A DNA stretch of 64,000 nt from Centruroides vittatus (lineage: Eukaryota): the NCBI RefSeq assembly GCF_030686945.1, contig NW_027122708.1, forward strand, positions 5,738,248 through 5,802,247. Direction: 5' to 3'. Shown here one piece after another: positions 10,385 to 23,370 of the stretch (position 1 is its first letter; each line of letters opens with the position of its first letter). The notes under the pieces are model-generated. The model saw only the letters and a program-made list of their open reading frames with translations. It was not told the DNA's origin and did not search any database. The position numbers and the translations under genes are program-made.

Positions 10385-12000
10385 AACACAATATATATAC
10401 TGTATATATATATATAAAATAATCTTTTAAATTAATGAGAAATATATTAGTCCAAATTTCACAGAATTTACAGAAAACAACAGGTACTAATAAATACTAG
10501 TTTAATCCTAATACAAAATTCAGAAACAGACATGAAAAATTACAATTTGTAAACAGTTACGTACATAAGATTTGTAAAATGTATACATCTAATTTTTGAT
10601 ATATGCTGAAAAATTAAATTAATCAGAAGTGGTGCTTCGTTGATTTGATTAAATTTTGTTTAAATGAATTATAAAAAGCAGAGAATTCAAAGTTTAAAAC
10701 TTTTTTGGCAGTTTTCTAAAAATAAATAAATATCTATAATCATCTGGACATTTTATATTTATTTTGTAATTTTTTATTGATGTATATGCTTTGCACATGA
10801 TGACAAAAACTATGCAGAATTGCTCTTAAGTTTCATGTATTTTTGATTTTAACTTACATATAATCAACAAGCATTGTCATTTTAAATATTAAAAGTCTTC
10901 CTTTCCAAATCTTGCCTTGGCAAATTATAAAGGTAAACACATAAGAGGTTTGGGAGTTTAATTTCCCATTACTAATATAAAAGCAGTCATCTGTGTGCGT
11001 GAATTCCTTATAATTCCTGCAATTTTTGTCCAATCCAGATGAAATATAAGTTATATTCAGTCTATGTTCTGACAGAAAGTATAGGCTACTTATTTTGCAG
11101 AAATATTAGCTATAGACTAAATGTTTATTGATTTTGAATTAGTGATCGCACTTGCATTGCAGTGACATCAGTGACCACAGTGACCACCGACATTCATGCT
11201 TGATGAGAAAATTTCCCTTAAATTGCATTTTTAAATATTTTGGCAAATGGCATATTTTAAACTTACTTCATTAAATTTAAAATTTAAATTTTAAAGAAAA
11301 GATAGCTGCATCGTGTCACTTCTACTATTAAAAATACTTTTTATAGTGACCATGTGACATTTTATTATTCAATTGAAAGTAATGATTTAACAAGCCTGTT
11401 ATTTAAAATATATTATTGTGCATTAACTATGCTTTGATGGGAAGTATAGGCTACTTAATTTGTAGAAACATTAGCTACTCTTCTTGAATTTCTTGAAATT
11501 TACTCTTTTCAATTCTTCAGTTTCTACTTTCTCATAGAAAGTAGTCCACCATGCTTGGTGGGGAAATTTCTAGTTTGAGAATAATTAAAAAATTAAATGA
11601 AACAGTATATTGCATATAACACATTTATTCGTACAGTACATGTTCACTTCTTCTTTAGCCAACGGTACTGTCTTACTCTATATATTCATATTATCAATAT
11701 AATAAAAATGAATAAACTATATTATAAATTTTTTTTTAAAATTCACCCTTTTAAAAATATTGTGCATGGGCTTTATTTGCTTTCTTGGAGACCAGAGCAT
11801 TTTTTCTAAACCCAACTATTGGGCTGTTCAGAAAGTAATTTTGTGTTTTTATTACCAGAGGAATTAGATGTATTTTTATCAGCCAATTTGATTTTAAACC
11901 ACATTTTCATTATATAATTTGACAGCTGACATTTTAAGGCTTATTTGTAAGAAATTTTGTTTGGTTCTGTACAATTGTTTTTTTCGGTGACCCATCAAAT

Positions 12001-12560
12001 ATGGAAAATCGAAAGCATCATTTTTGGCATATTTTGCTTTTTTATAACTAAAAAATCAAAATGCTGTTCAAACAAGAAAAAAATTGTGGTACATGTTTGG
12101 AGATGATGTGTTGAGAGAAAGACGGTGCAAAAACTGGTTTACAACATTGCGTTCTGGCAATTTTAATATCGAAGATACACCACATTCTGGATGGCCATTT
12201 GAAGCCAATGAAAACAAAATAAAGGTAGTGATTGAAGCAATCTGCCATATAACAACATGTGAAATCACTAAGAGATTAAATCTGTTAAATTGAACAGTTT
12301 ATTACTACTTAAAACGAATTGGTTTTGTTTCAAAGCTCAATATATGGGTTCCATACATTATTAACGAGAGATGCTCTCTATGGTTGGATTTTAAATAAAT
12401 TTGTTTTTGAGCATTTACCAATTTAACAATTGATTCAAAAGTGTACTGCCATCGAGTAAACAAATTGAGTAATATCATCAAACAGAAAAGGCCAGAATTG
12501 ATCAACAAACAAAGTGTAGTGTTTTACCATAATAATGCCAAATTTCACACAAGTTTGGTA
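12001..12560 (+). pseudogene. Mariner transposase remnant (HTH region and part of the catalytic DDD region), with frameshifts and stops
   Basis: ATG at 12001. ORF 12084..12293 matches the mariner HTH consensus CxRWFxRFRSGDFDLEDxPRSGRP. The 12300..12560 frames give KLNIWVPYI and VVFYHNNAKFHTS, like HDNARPH. Confidence 0.6.
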
Positions 12561-12564
12561 ATGT

Positions 12565-13329
12565 AGTATATGCACGTGGTGAGCGATTCACAATGGAATA
12601 TAACACGAAATTATGTTCTCGTCACCCGTGTTTATTTACTTTGCAGGATTCCTTTACACTTCCGACACTCCTCGTTTTTACAATAATAACCCTTTCCACA
12701 TATGATTCCGGCAGATGCTCAGATAGGATCGTTATGCGACCTCGCGACAAAGGAATATTCAGCGCGTTACAAAATATAAGGACTAAGACTAATTACTTAA
12801 AACTACTTATATGACTAAAAAAGATAGGGAAGAAAAGATAGACAATAGGATAGTTGGAAGTATGATAGAAAAGAATGGGTACCCAAAGTGTCGACGATCT
12901 TGGGGTGATGGTTGCGAATACTAGATTGATAATTTTCTGTGTTGTTGATTTTGGACGTCTCTCCGATCCTCCCAATAAGGTTTTTGAGGTTCCTATATCA
13001 GGATATACTTCGGATTTCTCACGAACGTTGGCTTAGGCTTATCGTCCCTTGTCCTCCAGTTGATGCTAGAACAACCTGGAGGTCTTCACAATACGTCCTG
13101 TCCCTTCCACGTCTCAGTCAAAAAGTGACCTCTCCTCCTCCACTTAGCCCCCAGGCTACCACCTCTTCTTTGTATTCTAATTAGGTCACCACCATTTGAC
13201 AGGGAAGGGTTAGGGAAGACAGAAGTTTCTAGAAAAAGATAGACAAAAGAACTAACGAAGAGGAAGAAAATGGAATAAATACTAAGAGGAATATATACTA
13301 AAATATACAAAATAAGGTGCACAGCCACA
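12565..13329 (-). mobile_element. Diverged reverse-orientation copy of the ~780 bp solo-LTR-like family, nested in the mariner element
   Basis: 12770..12910 aligns with the reverse complement of the 48600..48720 region (acttaaaa..taaacttatat..gatagat..ggatag..ggtacccgggtctacgatgatcgg). The 13329 end carries cagccaca, the reverse complement of the family's tgtggctg start. The left boundary is uncertain. Confidence 0.45.
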
Positions 13330-14589
13330 GTAACTCGTCAGAACTGTTATAGCTTAGCTGGGATGTGTTATCACACCAACCATATTCGCCAGATCGGGCA
13401 CACTCAGATTATTACTTGTTCCGGTCTATACAAATTTTTTTTAACTACAAGACATTTACTTGAAATGACAGTGTTAAAAATCACTTGAATCAGTTTTTGT
13501 AAACAACGATCAAAACTTTTATGAATGTGAAATCATGCTATTACCAGAAACAATGACAACAGGTATTTGACCAAAATGGTCAATATATAATTCAATAAAA
13601 TAATTTATTTATTATAAGAATATTGCATTTATTTTTCTATGGAAAAAACGAAATTACTTTTCAAACAACCCAATACTTTGGGCTTCTCAGCCAGGGATGC
13701 CCATACAATGGGGCACTTGGAGCATGTGCCCCCTTTTATCTGTGTTTCCCTTTTCCTAATCCCCAAGGGGATCCCAAATTCCATTATTGACAAACAACAA
13801 AATTCATGACTTCTGGCCTATTCTGCAAATATAAAAGAAACTAAGAAATGATATCTGTCCACAGTCCCATACAGTTTCATTATATGTTGATCAAGACTTG
13901 GCCTTGAAAACAAGGAATGTTCCTTTTTTTGGAGGCTAAGTTAGTCCCAATTGCAATCAGTGCCACCTTGTAGGAGCACTGATCTGATACCGAGTTTGAA
14001 GCTTCATAAATAATGTATGATCCCCTTTTTTTTTATAGCTTGTTGCCCCCTTTTATATAGTTTGCAGGCACTGCTGTTCTCAGCCCATCATAAGGGGTAA
14101 AAACTGTCGTAAAAAAGTTAGAATCATTATGGTTGTATAGAATTGTACAGTTGTTGTGTATTTAAAACATATTTTCTTCATATGGGAATCAACTGGCTCT
14201 AGGTACTGTACCTTGATTATTATTCAATCAAATTATGAAGAATCACAGTATTTAATAAAATGGCTCTTTTTATGAAAAAATTTATTGAACTCTATTCTGA
14301 AGTCATCTCTTTAGAATTTAATATTATGGTTTTCTTTTGGTCAGTTTTTATCCTTGATGTTGGACAGGAGGTCCAATATACAATATTTGGGTTTAGAGAA
14401 AATACTTTATTGGTCTCTGTGAGAACAGGAGGTTCCAGTCTATTCCGTCCTACATGTGATAGCCATTCAAAATATCACTGAAAGTCAAGAATATATGAAT
14501 ATTCAGACTTTCTCAATACTATTGTCAAGAGCCTGACACCAGTTAGAATAAAACTATTTTGCATCCCAACTTGCAAATTAATCCTTTCA

Positions 14590-15240
14590 ATAACATAGCC
14601 TGAGAACCTATATCCGGTGTGTGATGAAAAAAACAAAAAGAAAAAAGTTCACCACAAACGTTTTTGAACTGCTCTGAGTTCTCCAATCAGGTGTTAAACA
14701 GAATTTCTGATGTTAAATAGAACATACAGATTACGAAAATTTGAAAAAACATTTGAATCTGCCATGAAAGCCGTGCATGCGTATTCGTAAGGTTGACTGA
14801 TCTTGACATTTAAAGATTGGCATCCATCAATGCCTGCCAGGCTACCAACAAAGCCAATTCGTCTTTATAATTAATGCACGTGGAGTTGAGGCTCAATTTA
14901 TATATGTGAATGGCTTCTAGCCATTTTAGGTGTTCCGTGCGGGAGGAAGTGGGGATGAGCTTCGCCTGGTTAAAGGCCGCCACGATGTTAGGATCGGCAG
15001 TGTAAGTGGAAAGAGCGGTAGAGTGCACTCCTGTAATCTTACTCCCAAGGAGCGTTTTGTCAGTTCGATGTAAATGAGGTCCCTATCAAGTCTGTTGTCC
15101 CTAATAAGGATACCGTACACATCAGGGAATCTGTTCTGGTTGGAGGGGTCTTTCCCATTGCGGAGGATGTCAAAGATGGTCGGATGTCAAAGATGGTCAG
15201 AACATGATCTGAACACAGCGTTTCTTGGCAATCTTGGTAC
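14590..15240 (-). mobile_element. PLE 3' portion (GIY-YIG endonuclease domain plus tail), left arm of a head-to-head inverted duplication
   Basis: ORFs 14926..15120(-) and 14810..15028(-) mirror the right-arm ORF 15335..15670(+). Shared peptides: GVYGIPIRDNRFDRDLIYIELTKRSLGVRLQE..., ...HLKWLEAIHIYKLSLNSTCINYKDELALLVAWQALMDANL. Confidence 0.55.
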
Positions 15241-15334
15241 ATAGCGTTTTTACGTATGGCTTATACGTAAACGCACAGACACAGCTGACACGCAGAGCGA
15301 CAACCATCCTGACACTGTAGAATGGGTCCCTATC

Positions 15335-16000
15335 ATGTATAATCTATACGTAAAAATGCTATGTACCGAGATCATCAAGAAACGCTGTGTTCAGATCATG
15401 TTCAGGAGATGTCCAACCATCTTTGACATCCTCTGCAATGAGAAAGACCCCTCCAACCAGAACAGATTCCCTGGTGTGTACGGTATCCCCATTAGGGACA
15501 ACAGATTTGATAGGGACCTCATTTACATCGAACTGACAAAACGCTCCTTGGGAGTAAGATTACAGGAGCACACACTACCGCTCTTTCCACTTACACCGCC
15601 GATCCTATCATTGTGGAGGCCTTTAACCAGGCGAAGCTCATCCCCACTTCCTCCCGCACAAAACACCTAAAATGGCTAGAGGCCATTCACATATATAAAT
15701 TGAGCCTCAACTCCACGTGCATCAATTATAAAGACGAGTTGGCTTTGTTGGTAGCCTGGCAGGCATTGATGGATGCCAATCTTTAAATGTCAAGATCTGT
15801 CAACCTTACGAATACGCATGCACGGCTTTCATGGCGGATTCAAATGTTTTTCTCAAATTTTTGTAATTTGTATATTCTATGTTCCATCAGAAATTCCGTT
15901 TAACACCTGATTGAAGAACTCAGAGCAGTTCAAAAATGTTTTTGGTAAACTTTTTTCTTTTGTTTTTTCATCACACACCTGATATAGGTTCTCAGGGTAT
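15335..16000 (+). mobile_element. PLE 3' portion (GIY-YIG endonuclease plus tail), right arm of the inverted duplication
   Basis: It is the reverse complement of the left arm across about 650 bp, with a ~95 bp spacer at 15241..15334. GIY-YIG-like spacing is visible (GVYxIP ... YIxxTxRSLxxRxxEH). Confidence 0.55.
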
Positions 16001-17502
16001 GTTATTTAATACACCTCAGTGTTACATGTTATTGTTGTTTAATCCTTTTAAGTGGAAAGATATAAATAAATTCTATCGAAAATTTAAGAGGGACAAAATT
16101 GAAATATCAAATACATGAGATACATGGGGATCATGGGCCAACAATGGAGTTCAGCATTAATCAAATCAAATTGTAATAATTTAAGGATATATTTATTAAC
16201 CATGGATGAATAAATTTATAATACAAATGAATTAAATGCTAATATGTGCTGACCCCATTGTCAAGTGGGACTAAGACAAAAGAGGAAGAAGAAGAATTAA
16301 ATGTTAATAAACTATAAATTAACATATCAAAGAAATAAACTGCTAAACATGACTGATTCTAAAAACAGATAATATAAATGACAACTCCATTCCTAATCGA
16401 GAGAGTTACATTACCTGTGAACATTTATTTGCTCATTGAATGATGTAATTCTTTAATTAAGACACAAGTTTAAAGTGTTCATATTGTTTTATCTTGTCTC
16501 AGTGAGAGAATGAGTGAAAGTTAGAGAACTGGGGAGAGGGATGAGAGAGTTGTCAAGAGTGTTGGAAAAAAGCAAAAGTGCATTTGAAGATGGCCTCTCA
16601 TCTTTTATACAAGAATTCCATCCAATCAGATTATTGAAAATAAGCCCTTCATGCTTCCAATGCATGACGGAAGTTGGGCAGTCTTGTGGATATGTAAGAC
16701 ATCTCACATGAACTATCACTTTTGGACAAACTAGATTGTTTTCCTCTAGTTGAAAAGGAAGTTCCTCTTTTCAACTTTACTTAATTTTTAGATATTAATT
16801 TGATAGAAAATTATCTAACAAAAACTTGTTATTTAATTTTAAAATTTAAATCATCATTATTAACCCCCAGAGTCTCACAGTCTCCAAGGAAACAAAAAAG
16901 ATATATCATCAACCAAATCTAAATTTAAAAAAAAATTCAAAGAATTCAAAAATTTTAAAATAATTATTAATTCAAAGTTTAGTATACACAAAGAATGTAT
17001 ATTATCAGCATAATCTTTGATATCTCAGTATTTCTGCCTTTCTTAGACTAATTCAATTAAGTTATAGTTAAAATTTTATCATATATCAGCTATTATCTAA
17101 AAGTTTATGGAATTAACCATAGAACTTTAGCCACATAATAATTTTATAATAAGCTCAACTCTCACAATAACTTCTATACACATGCTTGCTCCAATAATTT
17201 TCCCATGCCTTGAAATAATCTTGAAAAACTTTCTTTTATATTCTGTATGTGCTTAATATTCTTTACTCTCAATATTCTTATGTCAATTCCATTTTTGTTT
17301 GTATTTTAGTTAATTAGTATTTACTTTTAAATGCAAAATATTTTCAGTTTTTAATTTCTAACTTTTCTGTTTAATTTTTAGGTATAAAAGTTAAAAGGCA
17401 ATCCTGTAATACAGGATAGATCTGACTCCTGAAATCATGGTAATATTTGGAATCTTGTATGCAGCTTGAACACAAGGTCTGCTTCCGTTCTACCATTGTT
17501 GG

Positions 17503-17893
17503 GCTGCAATTTGAAAAAACTGTAGACCTATAAATTCCCACTGTCATCTGTCCATCTGTCTTTCCTTAATCTTGAGAACATAGTTAGATAGACGAAATCT
17601 GAGACCAGATATGAAAACCTTAAAGGCAGGAGGCCCTGACTGAAATAACATGACTTCCAATTTGCATCATAAGGCACATTATTTCAATTAAAAGCTTTTC
17701 CCCTGAAAGTAGTTAATAGATGACTGACACGACTCCATTACTAACAGAAAAGTATGATGTACATACAGGGGCAAGACACTAGCAGTACTAATTTAAGAAG
17801 AAAAGCATATATTTTAAATTAAGAATATGATTAAAAATTGTAGCCCAGCATTGTGATGATGTTACAATAAATAATTGCTCATTTCTATTGTGT
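17503..17893 (+). repeat. Dispersed repeat family B, copy 1 (~390 bp, non-coding, SINE/MITE-like)
   Basis: gctgcaatttgaaaaaactgtagacctataaattcccactg... matches 60465..60853 along its whole length at roughly 80% identity, in direct orientation. Confidence 0.6.
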
Positions 17894-18284
17894 TATATTA
17901 AAAAATTATGATAATATTTACAATCAGAGACATGTTTAAAAATATGAGTTAGGGAGAATTTATTAGGGAGTAAGTTGTTATCAAATTTGCATTCTCTCTT
18001 ATTTCATTTTGAATAATTATTTTTACTGTAATTTAAAAGACTGCAATATTGAAACATTTTAAACATTAGTATTAGAGCATATTTTTTGAACTTTTAAAAA
18101 AAATTAAAACAGACTTGTTTTCTTTGATTTTTAAAGAGCAACATATTATTTTTGATTAAAAACAAAGTGAAAAAAAATATAAAAATTTCAATTAATAAGA
18201 TGAATGAATGAAACAAATTAACAATATAAAACCCACTGAATGAAGTAAGTTAAAGTAGTGTAAATAATTATTGATATTACAGGC

Positions 18285-18871
18285 ACTACTTATGAACTTA
18301 GGTTCTTGAGGTTTTGCTATAAATTGAAATGTTCGTAAGCTGAAAACAAACCTAGAAAGTACATTTGTACACAGAATAACTACATATTGTTAGTGTTTGA
18401 TTCTTCAATGTACTTAATAGAATACATTATGCTTGTTTACCCACTTGCTACTACTTAGTAGCAGATGTTTCAAATGCAGTTTTTTCCACTTAATGCACTT
18501 AGCTTTATAATGTAAAGTTTACTTTCCACGGTAATAGAGCCACACTCCTTGCATTTATCTCCACTATTAAATTTACTATTACATTTTGGATGCATTTTTG
18601 AAGCCCTCATTGTAAAAGTTTATAAAAATTGCAAAACTTTGACGCCACCTCATGAGTGGCAATAGAATGTCAGAATTTGTGCATAAACAAAAAATGATGA
18701 TAAATAATTAATGTGGATTAAATGTGTACTAAAAATTTATTATTTATTACTGGCTAAAGACTGACTTCAACATCACCTCATGATGGGGAACAGAACTTCA
18801 AAATTTGTGCAAAATTTAAATTTTAAATGTAGGGTCCAATTATTTCTAAGTCTGAAAGTTCATAAGTAGTG
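18285..18871. mobile_element. Putative short-TIR element (cactacttatgaac / gttcataagtagtg) with an internal ~50 bp direct repeat
   Basis: A 14-bp terminal inverted repeat. Internal direct repeats gacgccacctcatgagtggcaatagaatgtcagaatttgtgcataaa and tcaacatcacctcatgatggggaacagaacttcaaaatttgtgcaaaa. Confidence 0.3.
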
Positions 18872-18924
18872 GATCTCCTCTATTTAATTTTAATAATGAT
18901 TATATTATCAAATTCATTACTTAC

Positions 18925-19023
18925 TTTTAAGGTAGAATTATTATTCCCAACAATCAAAAAGTTTCCATTTGTAGAAATAGTAATGCAGTTAATTGAAAAT
19001 AAATCATTCACAATTTGACCAAG
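18925..19023 (-). CDS. NACHT-WD40 gene exon, WD40 repeat (LGQIVNDLFSINCITISTNGNFLIVGNNNSTLK)
   Basis: Acceptor taaacag| and donor AAA|gtaagt. The 3' end of the gene was not found; further exons may lie below 18925. Confidence 0.55.
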
Positions 19024-19088
19024 CTGTTTAAACATAAAATCATTAATATTTTATATTATTTTATTATTTCAATAATAATTTTTCTCAC

Positions 19089-19202
19089 TTGTATTCCTTG
19101 ATTTAATGACCAATAGAATAATTCACCATTAAATGATCCAGAAATAATAATTTGATTATTTAAATCAACTGCTCGAATTGAAGATGTATGACCTTTAAGG
19201 AC
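19089..19202 (-). CDS. NACHT-WD40 gene exon, WD40 repeat (VLKGHTSSIRAVDLNNQIIISGSFNGELFYWSLNQGIQ)
   Basis: Acceptor tttttttag| and donor CAA|gtgaga. Confidence 0.6.
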
Positions 19203-19442
19203 CTAAAAAAATAATTTAAAAATTTACATTAAAAATATAATTTATATTTTTGAATCTAGCATAATTCACAAAGAAAATAAATAAATAAAATTTTTCATTA
19301 GAAAGCTTTCTGTTTATCAAATTATTAAAAACAATGATTCAATAAAATAGTTATGTTTAATAAATGATTTAAATTCTGAAATGTATGATAAATTCAAATT
19401 AAAATAAAAGACAATGTAAAGTATTTATTATTTTATACTTAC

Positions 19443-19551
19443 AGCAGTTCTAGTCATTGTTATTAAATCCCATATTTTGATTTTTTTATCCCATCCTCCA
19501 GTTACAACTAATGATTTTTCTAAGTGATGAGCAACACAATTCAAGGGTGAT
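19443..19551 (-). CDS. NACHT-WD40 gene exon, WD40 repeat (K-SPLNCVAHHLEKSLVVTGGWDKKIKIWDLITMTRTA)
   Basis: Acceptor tttttag| and donor GCT|gtaagt. Confidence 0.65.
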
Positions 19552-20741
19552 CTAAAAAATATTAAACATATTTACTGAAAATAACGTAAGAATAAATGAT
19601 TTGATTTCATAACCTTTCTTTTAAAAAATTTATTTATTTTTGAATTTTAATTTAATATAATAAACAATCTTTTTTAAATTTAAAAAATTTTTTGTCCAAC
19701 AAGAAAATTTAATGTAAAAAAAAACAAAGTAGATCCCATAAAAGATATAAGTTTAACATGATTTCACTTAGTGATGAAATGGTCTCTCTAATTTTATTGT
19801 TGATTAGTTTTGTTATATCATGTTTATTAGCATTAAATATTTGATATTCCATTACCTTGCATTGAATACTTAACTACTGTATTTCTGTAACAGCAACTAT
19901 CCAAATACAGCAGTCTCTCTATAATCTGTCACTTATCAGTCCAACATGTCCAGAAATCCAACACTGCACAGCAGTGTACATGAAATTCTCATGTTACTAC
20001 TTGTCGATGTATGCAATAGAGAGATGATGATGTCTGTGTATACTGTCAGTCACTAGTTGAATGTTGCACATGCAGTCAGCAAAACAGTCACAATCATGAT
20101 TAATACAATAAATTAATCTGTGAACTAGGTGCGTTCCTTTTACCATACAGTATATACATATAAAATCCAGTAATCCAACAATCTGTACATAATTTATGAC
20201 AAACAAACTGAGCTAAAATCCTCATAATAAATGGCTAAATGAAATCATAATTGATATAACACCATATAATATGTTCAATACACATATGTATTCAATACAA
20301 TATAAAACAATGAGAAAATTACCAGATTTAAGAATATTTTTTTAAAATATTCCAATATGTTTTAAGACAACAGCTTTCAAAGGTTTCATTACATAAAGTT
20401 TTGTCCATCATAATTCTAATGAGTCTAAAGATTCTAATCAAAATGTAATTATTACATTGAAATTTACAGTTAAAGCATTTAGGCATTTATAGTTATATTT
20501 AATTGTTACTACCTATATCAAAATGTTTTATCTATATCAAGAAATATATTGGTAGAATAAACACGTGCTTTTTGAAGCTTTTTATTTGACTGAATATACT
20601 TTATAACAGATTTTATGTTTATATCAATACTATAATACTAAACTTATTAAATTATCAATTTAATAATATAAAATAATTTAATTAAATAAATATATATATT
20701 TATTTAATTAAAAATATAAATTTTGAACTTCGGGTACATAC

Positions 20742-20891
20742 TTTATACTTGTTATTGCATTTATTTCACATCCATTTAATACATTCCAAACACGTAATGT
20801 ATTATCCCAACCAACAGATATTACAAATTTTCCACATGAACTAGAACAACAAGAACTAACACGTCGACTATGGCCTTTTAATAAATGTAAT
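20742..20891 (-). CDS. NACHT-WD40 gene exon, WD40 repeat (R-LHLLKGHSRRVSSCCSSSCGKFVISVGWDNTLRVWNVLNGCEINAITSI)
   Basis: Acceptor attacag| and donor AA|gtatgt. Phase continuous with the neighbouring exons. Confidence 0.65.
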
Positions 20892-21414
20892 CTGTAATTA
20901 TAAAAATATTAAATACTTTTAGTAAATAAATAAATATAAATACATATCTGATATAATAAAGCTTACATTGACCTCACTGACTCACTCATTAATGATATTT
21001 TTCAGTATAAGCAAACTTCTTACAAAGAAAAAATAAAATATAGGACACAATTGAAAGGAAATATTGAGCACATTACCAGAAAAATCTGAAATCTAAAAGT
21101 GTAAAATATTGTGTGTGCTATGATGCATCAAAGTTTAACACTTCATGCCTATATAAAAACAGTGTTCAAACAACTGATTTTAAGCACTTTGTCTATTTTC
21201 AAAGATGCTTATTCTGTGTATTTTTGTAGAATGACCGGCATGCCAATCTATCCAGAGGAGACCAAGAAATCAGATATTTCTGTATGGTAAAAACCAGCAT
21301 CCCTCTCTAGAGGGCACAATAAAAAAAATGAATGAATCATGTAAGGTAAAAACAAACAAGTTTTTATTCTAAACCTGTAAAACTGTCTGCATTGCATCAA
21401 AAACTATGATTATA

Positions 21415-21719
21415 CAGTAGAGCATCAATTATCCGACCCCCGATTAACCGACTTATCAGTTAACCAACTGGTTTCTAGTCGGCAAATTCAAATGTCCGCT
21501 AGTGATGTGGCGCTACAATATTTGGTTATGTCTTGGCTACTTTAATATTATTTTTGTTAAATTTTTGCATGTTTTAGCTGGCAGCACTGGCTCGACCATG
21601 AAAGGGAGGCTAGTATTTAAACCAGGCCTAATACACTACACTAATAATGTACTTTTCATACTTTCGGTTATCCGACAAACCCCAGTCCCCAATTAAGTCA
21701 AATAATTGATGCTGTACTG
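21415..21719. mobile_element. MITE (305 bp) with 23 bp TIRs (cagtagagcatcaattatccgac) and TA duplication
   Basis: The reverse complement of the 3' end is cagtacagcatcaattatttgac. TA flanks on both sides (21413-21414 and 21720-21721). No ORF. Confidence 0.6.
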
Positions 21720-22596
21720 TATGTTTAATTTCTTCATTTTGTCTTCTTTCTAACAACATAAAATATTCTTGGAATTCCAAAAGTGCTTTTTTTATGTTAT
21801 TTTATTGTTATATGATTCAAAAATGCAAAAAGAAACATGTTAAATTCAAGAAACTTGCTGTAAATTCTCAACTTACACAATTAATATTTGCTTTGAGTGA
21901 AATTTGAGAGGAAGGTGTTATTTTTAAGATCAGGGTAGATGGTCAGTGTAACCAATACTGACTGACTAACTACTACTACTACTGTCAATAAGTCATTGTT
22001 TTATTGTCTTGTAAACAAAAACTCTCTTCCTGATTTTAAGTCAGTTAAATTACAATGTTATTATTTTATTGTACTCAGAAGAATGTTTTCTTTAATGTTT
22101 AATTAACAACTAGTTTGGTTAGATCTGATTAATTTTATATTTTAGATGCAGTTTAACTGGCATGCAGCATGCCAGTTATTCTGTGAAAATACAGTATTAA
22201 TTTTCTCCATATTATTTTAAATTACAATATCTTTTCAATATGCATATTAAATTAGTATAAATAATATAGGAAAATATTATTATTAACAAAGAATTGTTTT
22301 AAATTACAAAAAAGTAGAGAACATTGTGAGGAAACATATAACACTGTACACACACAAACACAGAGGTGGGAACAAAAATCCCTTCTTGGCTAAGTATTTC
22401 AAAAACTAATAGGAAAATCATTGTAGATCTTTTTCCAATGAATGCTATTAATATGTTGGGCATGCACTAAATGATGATGCAAATTTCCATACCTCTAACC
22501 ATTCTATTCAAGAAGGTTGTAATTTCTGTTCTTAATGATGATAATTTTTATTATTTCACTTTTTTCTTTTATTTCTTTTTGGGTTATAATTATTTT

Positions 22597-23370
22597 CAGG
22601 GTTCCTACTCAAATGTTTGTTTTAATTTCCATGACTCCCTAATCAAATTTGTACAAATTCCTTGACCCTCATGTCTCTTACAGTATGGCACACTGACAAA
22701 ATAAAACAGCATTTGACTTCTATGCATATATGTTTTACTTCTTCAATGTTTTAATTAGTTATTTTTTCTAATTAACAGTTATATATTTTTTTTTATAATT
22801 GCTAAATTATTAAAATTAAGAATAAAATGTAGTATTAAAATTCTGTTATTAATCCACAACCATAAATCTACATGGCTTTGAAAAAAACAATTATTTTTTA
22901 TTATTTGTTAACAAATTCTATATAATTCATGTACAAAAGTATATATCTATTAAATTTCTCTCTTAATAAATTTCCTGAACTTTATAAAATATTAATAAAC
23001 TGGAAAAAATTCAGAAATTGTTTTGTTATGCAATCAAAATTATTAAAATGAGAAATGATAAATAATACCATTTAAATTATTTATAATTTTGTCTACTTTG
23101 TAAATTTTTGGGGAAATTTTGTGTAAGTTTGAGAGGTATTTTGGGTCCTGAAAATATTCTGCACCCCGTTTCGTAAGTTGTATTGCACCACATAATTTCT
23201 TGCTGCCTGCAGACTGCTACACTTAGTCAAGCACATTGTCAGCAAAAACTCAAGGCAGCCAAGGAAGAAAATTCCCTGACTTTTTGACAATTTTTAACAA
23301 ATTTCTGACATTCCATGACTTTCTGAACACTAATGAAAATCCCTGACTTTCCAGGTGTGCAGGAACCCTG
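22597..23370. mobile_element. Putative non-autonomous TIR element (cagggttcct...aggaaccctg) with tccctgacttt-type subterminal repeats
   Basis: ~11 bp terminal inverted repeat. Repeated (c)cctgacttt / ccatgactt motifs near both ends. A 6-bp tatttt direct repeat flanks it, which is weak evidence in AT-rich context. Confidence 0.3.

Larger units (their letters stand above)
11819..13673 (+). mobile_element. Mariner-like element (Tc1/mariner) with TA TSD, internally deleted and carrying a nested solo-LTR insertion
   Basis: TIRs are ttgggctgttcagaaagtaattttgtg (11819) and, in reverse complement, ttgggttgtttgaaaagtaatttcg (ending 13673). TA flanks at 11817-11818 and 13674-13675. Transposase motifs MENRKHHFWHILLF, RRCKNWFTTLRSGNFNIED.., KQKRPELINKQSVVFYHNNAKFHTS, and after the insert YHTNHIRQIGHTQIITCSGLYKFF. 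Confidence 0.7.
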
